DNA of 64,000 nt, taken from NCBI GenBank assembly GCA_035633615.1, contig DASQEP010000075.1:1-64000 (forward strand), read 5' to 3'. Within the stretch, counting starts at the first letter, position 1. Every line of letters starts with the position of its first letter. This DNA is from Dermatophilaceae bacterium (GTDB lineage: Bacteria; Actinomycetota; Actinomycetes; Actinomycetales; Dermatophilaceae). The translations under genes and the position numbers were made by a program. The notes below the pieces were generated by a model. The model was not told the DNA's origin and did not search any database. It saw only the letters and a list, made by a program, of their open reading frames with translations. Of the stretch, positions 26,118 through 36,900 are shown one piece after another.

Positions 26118-27250
26118 GCTCGCTCCTGCAGGTGGGTGTCGACCAGGTCGCGCACGGCCTGGAGGAATCGGGTGGTCTCCTGCGGGGTGCCGGCGGTGAC
26201 GCGAAGGTGGTGGCGCAGGCCGACGTCGCGGACCAGGACCCCAGCCTCGAGCAGGGCCCGCCAGGTCGCCCCTTCGTCAGCCAGGCCGCCGAACAGGACG
26301 AAGTTGGCGTCGCTGGGCACCGTCCGCAACCCCATCGCGGTCAGCTCGGTGACCATCCGGTCGCGCTGGGACTTGATCGCCTCGACCGTGCCGAGCATGA
26401 GGTCGGCGTGCCGCAGCGCGGCTCGGGCGACGACCTGGGTGGGTGTGGACAGGTGGTAGGGCAACCGGACCAGGCGCAACGCGTCGACCAGGTCCGCCGA
26501 CCCTGCCAGGTAGCCGAGCCGGGCTCCGGCCAGTGCGAAGGCCTTGCTCATCGTCCGGGTCACGACCAGCCGGTCGCGCCCGGCCAGCAGCTCCAACGCG
26601 CTCGGGGTTCCGGCGCGGGCGAACTCGGCGTACGCCTCGTCGACGATGACCACCGCGTGGCCGGACCCGTCGTGGACGGCTTCGACGACGCTCAGGTCCA
26701 GCGCGGTTCCCGTCGGGTTGTTGGGTGAGCACAGGAAGACCAGGTGCGGGTCGTGGCGCCGTATCTGCTCGACGGCCTGACCGGCCGAGAGGGTGAACGG
26801 GTCGGTCCCGCCGTCTCGGCCGTCTCCGCCGTCGCCGCGCCGCCCGTCGATCCACGTCGTGCCCGCGGTGCGGCTGATGATGGGGTGCATCGAGTACGAC
26901 GGGGTGAAGCCGAGGGCGCGCCGCCCGGACCCACCGAACGCCTGGACCAGGTGCAGCAGCACCTCGTTCGAGCCGTTCCCGGCCCATACCTGGGGGGTCT
27001 GGACGTCCACGTCACTGCCAGCCCGCAGGTAGGCGGCCAGGTCTGCCCGCAGGTCGGTGGCGTCCCGGTCCGGGTACCGGTTCAGGCCGGCCGCCACGCC
27101 GGCCAGGTCCGCCACGATGTCCCGGACGACGGCCTCCGGGACGGGATAGGCGTTCTCGTTGGTGTTCAATTGCACCGGTACATTCAGCTGAGGGGCCCCG
27201 TACGGGGTGCGGCCGTGCAGGTCGGGGCGCAGCAGATCGAGCACGCTCAT
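26114..27250 (-). CDS. hisC: Histidinol-phosphate aminotransferase
   Basis: Class-II aminotransferase with PLP lysine region (…[15 protein letters not shown]…). Confidence 0.92.
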   Translation of the reverse strand: MSVLDLLRPDLHGRTPYGAPQLNVPVQLNTNENAYPVPEAVVRDIVADLAGVAAGLNRYPDRDATDLRADLAAYLRAGSDVDVQTPQVWAGNGSNEVLLHLVQAFGGSGRRALGFTPSYSMHPIISRTAGTTWIDGRRGDGGDGRDGGTDPFTLSAGQAVEQIRRHDPHLVFLCSPNNPTGTALDLSVVEAVHDGSGHAVVIVDEAYAEFARAGTPSALELLAGRDRLVVTRTMSKAFALAGARLGYLAGSADLVDALRLVRLPYHLSTPTQVVARAALRHADLMLGTVEAIKSQRDRMVTELTAMGLRTVPSDANFVLFGGLADEGATWRALLEAGVLVRDVGLRHHLRVTAGTPQETTRFLQAVRDLVDTHLQERA

Positions 27251-28593
27251 CGAGCTGACCCCGCGGCGCCGCCCGTGCGGGCCAGGATGGCGTCGGCGTG
27301 TCCGGGCAGGTCCTCGGCCCGTGCCAGCGCGACGACCCGCTCGGCGACGTCCGCCAGGGCATCCTGGTTGTACTCGACGACCTGTACACCGCGAAGGAAG
27401 GACAGCACCGACAGCCCGCTGGCGTGCCGGCTGGTGCCGCCGGTGGGCAGCACGTGATTCGAGCCGGCCGCGTAGTCGCCGAGGCTGACCGGTGTGGCCG
27501 TCCCGACGAACACCGCCCCGGCGTTGCGGACCCCATCGGCCAACTGCGAGGCGTCGGCGGTGTGGATCTCCAGGTGCTCGGCCCCGTAAGCGTTGACCAC
27601 GACCAGGCCGGCCGCTACGTCGTCGACCAGGACGATGGCCGACTGGCGACCGGTCAGCGCCGCGGTGACCCGTTCGAGGTGCGTGGTGGCCCGCACCCGC
27701 CGAGCCAGCGCGGCCTCGACCCGTTCGGCCAGCGCCGGGCTGGGGGTGACCAGGACGGCCGCCGCCAGGGGGTCGTGCTCAGCCTGACTGACCAGGTCCG
27801 CCGCGATGTGCTCGGGGTCGGCGCCGTCGTCGGCGAGGATGGCGATCTCGGTGGGGCCGGCCTCGGCGTCGATTCCGACCACCCCACGCAGAGCCCGCTT
27901 GGCGGAGGCGACGTAGACGTTCCCGGGGCCGGTGATGACGTCGACGGGGCGGCAGCCCGGCCCGTCCGTGGCTGCCACACCGTACGCCAGCATGGCAACG
28001 GCCTGGGCTCCGCCGACCGCGTACACCTCCTCGACGCCGAGCAGGGCGCAGGCGGCCAGGATGCTCGGGTGCGGGTACCCGGCGAACGGTCCGGTGTTGT
28101 CCCGTTGCGGCGGGCTGACCACGGCCAACGAAGCGACGCCGGCGATCTGCGCCGGCACCACGTTCATCACGACGCTGCTCGGATACACGGCCAGGCCGCC
28201 CGGAACGTAGAGGCCCACGCGCTCGACCGGGATCCACCGCTGCCGGACCGTGCCGCCCGGGACCACCTCGGTGCAGTGCGGTTCGGGCAGCTGGGCGGCG
28301 TGAACCAGGCGGGCCCGCCGAATCGACTCGGTCAGGGCCTCCCGGACGGTCGGGTCGAGCTGGTTCAGGGCCACGTCGAGCACCGCCGCCGGCACCTGCA
28401 GTTGCGCTGGACGGACCCCGTCGAGGCGTTCGCACAGGTCCAGGACCGCCGCCTGGCCGCCGGTGCGGACCGCGTCGATGATCGGGACCACCACCGCCAT
28501 GGCCTCCGAGACGTCGACCCGCGCCCGCGGCACCACCCCTGGCAGGGTGCGAGGGGACAGTTCACGCCCACGGAGGTCGATGCGGGAGATCAC
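27247..28593 (-). CDS. hisD: Histidinol dehydrogenase
   Basis: 448 aa with HisD signature (…[12 protein letters not shown]…AEHDP…). Confidence 0.93.
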   Translation of the reverse strand: MISRIDLRGRELSPRTLPGVVPRARVDVSEAMAVVVPIIDAVRTGGQAAVLDLCERLDGVRPAQLQVPAAVLDVALNQLDPTVREALTESIRRARLVHAAQLPEPHCTEVVPGGTVRQRWIPVERVGLYVPGGLAVYPSSVVMNVVPAQIAGVASLAVVSPPQRDNTGPFAGYPHPSILAACALLGVEEVYAVGGAQAVAMLAYGVAATDGPGCRPVDVITGPGNVYVASAKRALRGVVGIDAEAGPTEIAILADDGADPEHIAADLVSQAEHDPLAAAVLVTPSPALAERVEAALARRVRATTHLERVTAALTGRQSAIVLVDDVAAGLVVVNAYGAEHLEIHTADASQLADGVRNAGAVFVGTATPVSLGDYAAGSNHVLPTGGTSRHASGLSVLSFLRGVQVVEYNQDALADVAERVVALARAEDLPGHADAILARTGGAAGSAR

Positions 28594-28597
28594 CGGC

Positions 28598-28873
28598 TCA
28601 GTCTACGGATTGCGGCGGCTCGCTTCGTCCGGCCCGCGGCGGGCGACCTCGCCGCGGCGTGGGGGCGGCATCGCCGGGCATCCGGCCCACCTCCCGCAGC
28701 GATCGTCGGACCAGCAGGTCCACCTGGGCGTTGAGGCTGCGCAGCTCGTCGGCTGCCCAGCGCACCAGGGCGTCGTGGACGGCCGGGTCGAGGCGCAGCA
28801 GCACCGGCCGCCGGACGGCCCGGCCCGGGCCGTCCGAACCGGGCCGGGCCGGCTGCTGCGTCATCACCCGCAC
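28598..28873 (-). CDS. Small hypothetical protein, ribbon-helix-helix-like
   Basis: 91 aa; the …[37 protein letters not shown]… segment is Arc/CopG-like. Sits 4 nt upstream of hisD. Confidence 0.45.
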   Translation of the reverse strand: MRVMTQQPARPGSDGPGRAVRRPVLLRLDPAVHDALVRWAADELRSLNAQVDLLVRRSLREVGRMPGDAAPTPRRGRPPRAGRSEPPQSVD

Positions 28874-28885
28874 CCGCCCGGTCGC

Positions 28886-29920
28886 TCAGGTGTACAAGCT
28901 GCCGGTGTTGACGACCGGCGTCGCCTTGGCTTCCCCGCACAGGACGACGAGCAGGTTGGAGACCATGGCGGCCTTGCGCTCGTCATCGAGCGCGACGACG
29001 TCGTTGCTCTCCAGCCGGGCCAGGGCCATCTCGACCATGCCGACCGCTCCGTCGACGATCCGGGAGCGAGCCGCGACGATGGCGCTGGCCTGTTGACGCT
29101 GGAGCATCGCCTGGGCGATCTCCGGGGCGTAGGCGAGGTGACTGATCCGGACCTCGACGATCTCCAATCCGGCGACCACCACCCGCTCGGCCACCTCGTG
29201 CGCGAGGTCCGCCGAGACCAGGTCGGTCGAGCCGCGAAGCGACGTGCCCTGGCCGTCCGGGTCGTCGTAGGGATGAGTCGTCGCGACATGCCGCAACGCC
29301 GCCTCGGATTGAACCCGGATGAAGTTCTCGTAGTTCTCCACCGAGAAGCAGGCCCGGGCGGTGTCGGCGACCTGCCAGACGACGATGGCGGCGATCTCCA
29401 CCGGGTTGCCGTCGGCGTCGTTGACCTTCAGGGCGTTGGTCTCGAAGTTGTTCACCCGCACCGACACCGCCCGGGAGGTCGACAGCGGGGTGATCATCGT
29501 CAGACCCGTCGAGCGGCTGGTGCCGATGTATCGGCCGAAGAACTGGACGACCCTGGTGTGTCCCGGTGGGATGACGACCAGCGCGGCGCCGACCAGGAGT
29601 GCCACCAGCAGGAAGAGGACGGCGAGCACGAGGCTGACCCAGTTCACTCCGCGCTCGGCGACAGCCTCGGTGATGACCCGCACCACCAACCAGACCGCAG
29701 CGCCGAGCACGGCCAACGACACGATGAGCGCAGCGATCCCGTTCACCGACCAGGCGCGCCGCTCGGCGACGTCGACCCGGATCCCCTGGTGGCCGACCGG
29801 CGCGCTCGACGGCGGATGCACCGTGGGGTCCAGGGTGTCGACACCACCGGCGTCCTGTCCGGAGGGCCCGTCGGCCACACCGGTGGCGCCGGTCCTGCGG
29901 ATGCTGCTGGCTTTGGTCAT
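28886..29920 (-). CDS. SPFH/band-7 (stomatin/prohibitin-like) membrane protein
   Basis: N-terminal TM segment followed by an SPFH domain (…[17 protein letters not shown]…[26 protein letters not shown]…). Confidence 0.8.
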   Translation of the reverse strand: MTKASSIRRTGATGVADGPSGQDAGGVDTLDPTVHPPSSAPVGHQGIRVDVAERRAWSVNGIAALIVSLAVLGAAVWLVVRVITEAVAERGVNWVSLVLAVLFLLVALLVGAALVVIPPGHTRVVQFFGRYIGTSRSTGLTMITPLSTSRAVSVRVNNFETNALKVNDADGNPVEIAAIVVWQVADTARACFSVENYENFIRVQSEAALRHVATTHPYDDPDGQGTSLRGSTDLVSADLAHEVAERVVVAGLEIVEVRISHLAYAPEIAQAMLQRQQASAIVAARSRIVDGAVGMVEMALARLESNDVVALDDERKAAMVSNLLVVLCGEAKATPVVNTGSLYT

Positions 29921-29953
29921 GGCGACCTCCCCGACGCGACGACCTGTGACATC

Positions 29954-29967
29954 TAAGTGATATCACT
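29954..29967. promoter_or_regulatory. Perfect 14-bp AT-rich palindrome AAGTGATATCACTT upstream of SPFH gene, overlapping the ptrB stop
   Basis: Read directly; lies in the 47-bp gap between the SPFH start and the ptrB stop. Confidence 0.4.
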
Positions 29968-32172
29968 TTACTGTGGGCCGGTCCAGACTGTCCCGGTCGA
30001 CGCCGGCCTCCGTTTCGGCAACGCTCCGGCGTCCAGTTGGTCCAGCACGAACGCGGCCTCCCAGGCCCACTGATCCCAGGCCGCGTACCTCCCACTGCGA
30101 CCCCCATGCCCGGCCACCATCTCGGTGCGCAGCAGGACAGGTCGCTGGTGTGGGTCGCTGGTCGTGGCCGCCCGCAACCGGGCGACCCACTTCGCCGGCT
30201 CGCTGTAGCCGACGCGGGTGTCGTTGAGGCTCGTGGTGGCCAGCACCGCGGGGTAGGCGGCCGTGACCACGTTCTCGTACGGGGCGTATTCCTTGAGGTA
30301 GCGGTAGACCTGCGGGTTGGCCAGGGGGTTGCCCCACTCCTCCCACTCAGGAACGGTCAGCGGCAAACTCGGGTCGAGGATGGTGGTCAGGGTGTCGACG
30401 AACGGGACTTCGGCCCAGACCACCCGGAAGAGGTCCGGGGTCAAGTTGAGTGTGGCGCCGACGAGCAGCCCACCGGCCGATCCGCCCTGAAGTCCCAGTC
30501 GAGCAGGACCCACCCAGCCCGCGTCGAGCAGGTGCCCGGCCACGGCCAGCAGGTCCGTGAAGGAGGTCTTCTTGGCATCCAGCCGGCCCTGCTCGTACCA
30601 GGACCGGCCGAACTCGCCGCCGCCGCGGACGTGGGCGAAGGCGAGCACCACTCCCCGGTCCAGCAACGAGAGCCTCGGCACGGAGAACCACGGGTCGAGG
30701 CTCATCTCGTAGGCCCCGTACCCGTACAGCAGCCCCGGCGCCGAACCGTCCGGCACCACATCCGACCTGCTCAGTACCGAAACGGGAATCCGCACCCCGT
30801 CCGCGGCGGTGGCCCAGATCCGGCGTTGGACGTAGTCGGCGGGGTCAAAGCCGGCCAGCACCGGCTGCCGCTTGAGCACGCTCTGCTGCCGGGTGCCCAC
30901 GTCGATCTCCAGGACCGTGCGCGGGGTGACGAACGACTCCCTGATCAGCTGCAGGGACGTCGTCTGCCACTGCGGGTTGTCCCCAAGGTGGAGGGTGAAC
31001 AGCGGCTCGTCGACCGGGATGTCCCAGCCGGGCTCGAACCAGCCCGGCGCACCGGGCCGCCTGGGCAGGACCCGGAGCCCGGTCAGCCCGTCTCGGCGCA
31101 TGCTGACCAGGACGTGCCCGGCGAACGCGTCGGCGGCGACGATGCGCTCCCCCGGGCCGGGTGCCACCACGGTGCTCCAGTCCGAGACCGAGGAGCCAGC
31201 CGAGGTGGTCAGCGGTGCCCAGGCCAGCTCGAAGTCGCGGTGCACCGCGTTGTGCACGATCAGCAATCCGTCGCCGGCCGGTTCGACGTCATACTCCAGC
31301 CCCTCCTGGCGGGGGGCGACGACCCACGCCGGCTGATCGGGGTGGGCCAGGTCCAGCAGCCAGACCTCCGAGGTGGACTTGGAGGCGACCTGGATGACCA
31401 GCAGCCTCTCGTCGCGGGAGCTGGTCAGGCCGGTCCAGAACCGCTCGTCGTCCTCCTGGAAGACCAGGACGTCGTCCCGGGCGGGGGTGCCGACCCGGTG
31501 CCGCCACACCTGGTGGGGCCGCCAGGCGGCGTCGACCCGGGTGTAGAAGAGGGTCAGCCCGTCCAGGGACCAGACCAGCCCGTACCCGGTACCGGTGACG
31601 GCCTCGTCGACCAGTGCGCCGCTCTCGATGTCCTTGACCCGCAGCCGGTAGCGCTCGTCACCGGCGAGATCCACCAGGTAAGCCAGCCGGGTCTGGTCGG
31701 GGCTGACCTCGCTGGCCCCCAGGGCGAAGTACTCCGCGCCGGCGGCCTCGGCATTGCCGTCCAGCAGCACCTGCTCCCCGGGCAGCCCCCCGGCCTGCGC
31801 CCCGTGGTGAGCTGTCGGATCGTCCACCCGCGGGCGGCCGGCGCCGGGGACCACCGGCACGCGGCAATGCAGCGGGTACTGCTGGCCCTCGACGGTCCGC
31901 GAGTAGTACCACCAGCTTCGGTAGGCCACCGGCACGGACAGGTCCGTTTCCTGGGTACGGGCCCTGATCTCGGCCACGATCCGTCTCCGCAGCGGCTCCA
32001 GCGACTCGGTGACCGCCTCGGCGTAACGGTTCTCCTGCTCCAGGTGGGCCAGCACGACCGGATCGTCCCGGTCGGCCAGCCAGGCGTACTCGTCGACCAC
32101 CTCGTCGCCGTGGTGTCGGCGCACGACGGGGCGCCGGGGCGGCATCGGAGCAGCGGGCAGCAGACGCACCAT
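29968..32172 (-). CDS. ptrB: Oligopeptidase B (S9 prolyl-oligopeptidase family)
   Basis: 734 aa: beta-propeller N-domain plus catalytic domain with the GGSAGGLLVGA Ser motif. Confidence 0.9.
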   Translation of the reverse strand: MVRLLPAAPMPPRRPVVRRHHGDEVVDEYAWLADRDDPVVLAHLEQENRYAEAVTESLEPLRRRIVAEIRARTQETDLSVPVAYRSWWYYSRTVEGQQYPLHCRVPVVPGAGRPRVDDPTAHHGAQAGGLPGEQVLLDGNAEAAGAEYFALGASEVSPDQTRLAYLVDLAGDERYRLRVKDIESGALVDEAVTGTGYGLVWSLDGLTLFYTRVDAAWRPHQVWRHRVGTPARDDVLVFQEDDERFWTGLTSSRDERLLVIQVASKSTSEVWLLDLAHPDQPAWVVAPRQEGLEYDVEPAGDGLLIVHNAVHRDFELAWAPLTTSAGSSVSDWSTVVAPGPGERIVAADAFAGHVLVSMRRDGLTGLRVLPRRPGAPGWFEPGWDIPVDEPLFTLHLGDNPQWQTTSLQLIRESFVTPRTVLEIDVGTRQQSVLKRQPVLAGFDPADYVQRRIWATAADGVRIPVSVLSRSDVVPDGSAPGLLYGYGAYEMSLDPWFSVPRLSLLDRGVVLAFAHVRGGGEFGRSWYEQGRLDAKKTSFTDLLAVAGHLLDAGWVGPARLGLQGGSAGGLLVGATLNLTPDLFRVVWAEVPFVDTLTTILDPSLPLTVPEWEEWGNPLANPQVYRYLKEYAPYENVVTAAYPAVLATTSLNDTRVGYSEPAKWVARLRAATTSDPHQRPVLLRTEMVAGHGGRSGRYAAWDQWAWEAAFVLDQLDAGALPKRRPASTGTVWTGPQ

Positions 32173-32220
32173 GTCCTCACTTTAGGACGTCCTCACTTTA
32201 GGACGTCCTCACTTTAGGAC
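32173..32220. repeat. Three perfect abutting tandem copies of a 16-bp palindromic unit GTCCTCACTTTAGGAC
   Basis: Read directly. Each unit has 5-bp inverted arms (GTCCT/AGGAC) around CACTTT. The array begins at the base following the annotated ptrB ATG, in the divergent ptrB / reductase intergenic region. Confidence 0.9.
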
Positions 32221-32398
32221 GCCGGCGCCGGGCGCCCTCGGGGCCAGCGTCCTCGGCGCCGGACGACTTTCCGGGATCGAGACCGGGGCACTGGCTCAGG
32301 TCCCGGCCCCAGCGGGCGATGAGGCGTTACGACGTCATGCCGCCTCGGGACGGGCGTGCATGTTCCCCTCACGTCTCCAGCTGCGACAGGACCACGAT

Positions 32399-33964
32399 AT
32401 GCCGCTCGCCACGACCGACCGCCGACCCCACCCCGCCCTCGGACCAGCTCACGTGCTGCTCACCGGAGCCACCGGATTCCTCGGCCAAGCCGTCCTGGAG
32501 CGGCTGCTCAGCGACTACCACCAGACCCGGGTCACCGTGCTCATCCGCGGCTGCGGGGGGCTGACCCCTCGGCAGCGGCTCGCCCGGCTGCTGGAAGGGC
32601 CCACCTTCGCCGCCCTGCACGCCGCCCCAGGCAGCCGCACCGGCGCGGGCGCCGACAGCACGGCCGGTGGCCGGGTGCACGAGTCGATCGGCGTCATCGA
32701 CGCCGACCTCGGCGAGGACTACACCCTTCCCGGTGACATCGACGCGGTGGTGCACTGCGCGTCCTCGGTCAAGTTCAACGAGCGGGTCGATGCGGCTTTC
32801 GAGACCAACGTGGCCGGCACCCACCGGCTGTACTCCGCGCTGCGCTGTGGGTCGACCCCGGTGCACGTCGTGCACGTTTCCACCGCTTACGTCTCGGCGG
32901 GCCGGATGCGCCGGGCCCCACAGGCCGCCCTGAAGCACGACGTCGACTGGCGCGACGAGCTGAACCTGGCCCGAGGTCTGGGGGTGCGGGTGCGGGCCGA
33001 GGTCACCCGGCGCCCGCCGATCGAGCCGGGCAGCTTCGAGGCGGAGGTCGAGCGGCGGATGACGGCCCTGGGTGCCGCCCGGGGGCACGAGCTCGGCTGG
33101 ACCGACGTCTACACCCTGACCAAGGCCCTGGGTGAGCGGGTCGCCGAGGAGCTCACCGCGCGGGCCGGGCAACGGCTGACCGTGCTGCGTCCCACCATCA
33201 TCGAAAGCGCGCTGTCCCGGCCGTTCCCCGGCTGGATCGACGGGTTCAAGGTCGCCGATCCGATCATCGCTGCCTACGCCCGAGGCAGGTTGGAGCACTT
33301 CCCCGGCCACCCGGACAACGTCCTCGACCTCATCCCGGTCGACCTGGTCGTCAACGCCATCCTGGCAAACCTGGCCAACCCCCCGGAGCCAGCCACCCCC
33401 CGTTACGTGCATGTCGCCTCCGGCAGCGACAACCCGCTCACCCTCCAGCAGATGTTCGTCCACGCCTCCGACTACTTCGCCGCCCACCCCTGGATCGGGC
33501 AGGACGGCCGGGCCTGCCAGCCGCCCCCGTTCCGCTTCCGCGGCCCCGCGGCCGTCGATCGCTGGATCCGGCGCCGGGAACGGCTTCTGGCCCTCGCCCG
33601 GCCGATGGTCCGCGCCGCCGGCTCTCCCCGTGCCGCCGCGCTGGCTGACCGTTTGGCCGGCGCCGCCCGCGGCCTGCGGATGCTACGCGAGTACAGGGAT
33701 CTGTACGCGCCGTACACATGCAGCCGAACCGTCTTCGATACCACCCCCGGAGTGCCGGCCGGCCACCCGGACCTGACCAGCGACACCTCGGTCATCGACT
33801 GGGCGGACTACCTGGGTCGGGTGCACCTGCCGGCGGTGGTCCGCCTGATGCGCCAGCTCCAGGCCACCCGCCGGGTCCCGGCCGCAACCCGGAACTGCGT
33901 GCCGAGGTCAGCTCAGACAGGCCGGACCCAACAGCGCCTTAAGGTCCCCGAACAGCTCCGGTGA
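32399..33964 (+). CDS. NAD(P)-dependent fatty acyl-CoA/ACP reductase-like protein (thioester-reductase / male-sterility domain, extended SDR)
   Basis: …VLLTGATGFLGQAVLERLL…VTVLIRG…; central YxxxK region. About 520 aa. Start taken at MPLATTD.. (the track ORF starts at 32360). The 3' end overlaps the dnaE 3' end convergently by ~57 nt. Confidence 0.65.
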   Translation: MPLATTDRRPHPALGPAHVLLTGATGFLGQAVLERLLSDYHQTRVTVLIRGCGGLTPRQRLARLLEGPTFAALHAAPGSRTGAGADSTAGGRVHESIGVIDADLGEDYTLPGDIDAVVHCASSVKFNERVDAAFETNVAGTHRLYSALRCGSTPVHVVHVSTAYVSAGRMRRAPQAALKHDVDWRDELNLARGLGVRVRAEVTRRPPIEPGSFEAEVERRMTALGAARGHELGWTDVYTLTKALGERVAEELTARAGQRLTVLRPTIIESALSRPFPGWIDGFKVADPIIAAYARGRLEHFPGHPDNVLDLIPVDLVVNAILANLANPPEPATPRYVHVASGSDNPLTLQQMFVHASDYFAAHPWIGQDGRACQPPPFRFRGPAAVDRWIRRRERLLALARPMVRAAGSPRAAALADRLAGAARGLRMLREYRDLYAPYTCSRTVFDTTPGVPAGHPDLTSDTSVIDWADYLGRVHLPAVVRLMRQLQATRRVPAATRNCVPRSAQTGRTQQRLKVPEQLR

Positions 33965-36900
33965 AGCGTTGACACGCAGGCCGTCGTCCAGGCGCATCAG
34001 TACCGAGCGTCCCGGCTGAGTCAACCGCAGGTGCACCTCGGTCGCACCGGGGTGTTCCCGCAGCACGGCCTTGAGCTGCTCGGCAAGCCCTGTGGTGGCC
34101 CGGCTGACGGCCATCGACAGCACCACCGGGCCGCGATCGCCCTCCCGCAGATCCGGGATGGTCAACTCCTGGGCGTAGATCGACACCTGATCGTCGCGCC
34201 GACTGACGCGCCCGCGGACCGCGCACACCACATCCTGGCTCAGCAGCGGGGCCACTGAGGTGTACGTGCTGGGGAAGAACAGGCATTCGATCGCCCCGTC
34301 GAGGTCCTCGACGGTGGCGATGGCCCACAGGTCGCCCTTCTTGGTGCGCTTCAGCTGCAAGCCGGTGATCAGGCCGGCCACGGTGACCATTGCCCCGTCG
34401 CCGCGAGCACCACCGTGGCCGTTGGGACTCGCGCCGTGACGACCGGCACCGTTGGCGGTCGCACCGTTGGAGCCGGACCCGCCGGACCCGACGGACACGG
34501 ACCCGGCCGGTCCGTCCTCGACCAGCAGGGTGGCGATCGAGGTGTCCGCGTGTATCGCGAGGATGTGCTCGATCCCCAACAGGGGGTGGTCGGACACGTA
34601 CAGACCCAGCATCTCCCGCTCGTAGGCCAGCAGCGCCGCCTTGTCCCACTCCAGGTCCGGGACCCCCGGCAGGCCCTCCAGGTCCGCAGGCCCCCCTGCC
34701 CCGGCTCCGCCTGGGCCCGATGAGTCCTCGGCATCGCCGAACCCGAACGCGTCGAACAGAGAGTCCTGCCCGACCGCCTCCTTGCGCTTGACCTCCACCA
34801 GCGCGTCGACGTACTGCTCGTGCACCGCGACGAGCCCCTGCCGGGGGTGGCCGAGGGAGTCGAACGCCCCGGCCTTGATGAGCGACTCGATGGTCCGCTT
34901 GTTGCAGACCACGGCCGGCACCTTCGCCAGGAAGTCCCGGAACGAGGTGAACGCCCCCTTCTGCGTGCGGGCAGCCGCGACCGCCTCGACGACGTTGGTG
35001 CCGACGTTGCGCACCGCCGCCAACCCGAACCGGATGTCCTCACCGACGGCGGCGAACCGGGCCACCGAGGCATTGACGTCGGGGGGCAGCACCTGGATGC
35101 CCATCCGGCGGCACTCGTTCAGGTACAGCGCGGACTTGTCCTTGTCGTCGCGGACGCTGGTCAGCAGTGCGGCCATGTACTCGGCCGGGTAGTTGGCCTT
35201 GAGGTAGGCCGTCCAGTACGAGACCAGGCCGTATGCGGCGGAGTGGGCCTTGTTGAAGGCGTAGTCGCTGAACGGGACGAGGATGTCCCACAAGGTCTTG
35301 ATCGCCTCGACGGAGAACCCGTTGGCCCGCATCCCCTGCTCGAACCCGACGTACTCGGCGTCGAGGACCTCGCGCTTCTTCTTGCCCATCGCGCGGCGAA
35401 GCAGGTCGGCCTTGCCGAGGGTGTACCCGGCCAGCTTCTGCGCGATCTCCATGACCTGTTCCTGGTAAACGATCAGGCCATGGGTGGTGCCCAGGATCGG
35501 CTCCAGCGCCGCCGCCAGTTCCGGGTGTGGGTAGCTGATCGGCTGCTTGCCGGTCTTGCGCAGCGCGTAGTTGGTGTGACTGTTGGCCCCCATCGGACCC
35601 GGCCGGTACAGGGCTCCGACCGCCGAGATGTCCTCGAAGTTGTCCGGCTGCATCAGCCGCAGCAGCGCCCGCATGGGCCCACCGTCGAACTGGAAGACCC
35701 CCAGGGTGTCGCCGCGGCTGAGCAGCTGGTACGTCGGAGCGTCGGTCAGATCGGTGGACAGCGCGTCCAGGTCCACCTCCAGACCCCGGTTGGCCCGGAC
35801 GTTGTCAATCGCGTCGTCCAGGATGGTCAGGTTGCGCAACCCGAGGAAGTCCATCTTGACCAGCCCGAGCGCCTCGCAGGTCGGGTAGTCGAACTGCGTG
35901 ATGATCTGCCCGTCCTGTTCCCGCCGCAGCACCGGGATGATGTCCATGAGCGGCTCGGAGGACATGATCACCCCGGCCGCGTGCACCCCCCACTGCCGCT
36001 TCAGGCCCTCCAGGCCCAAGGCCGTCTTGACGATCTGCTGCGCCTGCGAATCGGCCTCGTGCAGGGCCCGGAACTCGGCGGCCTCGGGGTAGCGCTTGTG
36101 GGTGGGGTCGAACACCCCGGACAACGTGATGCCCTTGCCCATGACGTCCGGGGGCATCGCCTTGGTCAGCCGCTCCCCCATCGAGAACGGGTATCCCATC
36201 ACCCGGCTGGCATCCTTGAGGGCCTGCTTGGCCTTGATCGTTCCGTACGTGACGATCTGGGCGACCCGGTCCTGGCCGTAGCGGTCGGTGACGTACTTGA
36301 TGACCTCACCGCGACGGCGCTCATCGAAGTCGACGTCGAAATCCGGCAGGGACGGCCGCTCCGGGTTGAGGAACCGCTCGAAGATCAGCCCGTGCGGGAC
36401 CGGGTCGAGGTCGGTGATCCGCATCGCGTAGGCGCACATCGACCCGGCCCCCGAGCCCCGGCCCGGACCGACCCGGATGCCTTGGGACTTGGCCCAGTTG
36501 ATGAAGTCGGCGACGACCAGGAAGTACCCGGGGTACCCCTTGGAGACGATCACCTCCTGCTCGAAGGTGGCCTGCTTGCGCGCGTAGTCGGGCACCCCGG
36601 CGGGGAACCGAGCCTGCAGACCGCGTTCGACCTCCTTGACGAACCAACTGGTTTCGTCCTCCCCCGGCGGGCTTGGGAACCGGGGCATGTACCGCCCCTC
36701 CCCCTCCACGAAGGTGACCTCACAGCGTTCGGCGATGGCCAGGGTGTTGTCGCAGGCCTGAGGAAGTTCCCGCCACAGGTGCCGCATCTCCTGCGGGGAC
36801 TTCAGGTAGAAGTCGTCGGCGTCGAACTTGAACCGGCCCGGGTCCATCAACGTCGACCCTGACTGGACGCACAGCAACGCCGCGTGAGCGGTCGCGTCCT

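Noticed and set aside
32173-32220. Considered whether the 16-bp triple repeat is a CRISPR array
   Set aside because: There are no spacers: the units abut directly. The unit is too short, no cas genes are nearby and only three copies are present. It is a tandem palindromic repeat, not a CRISPR.
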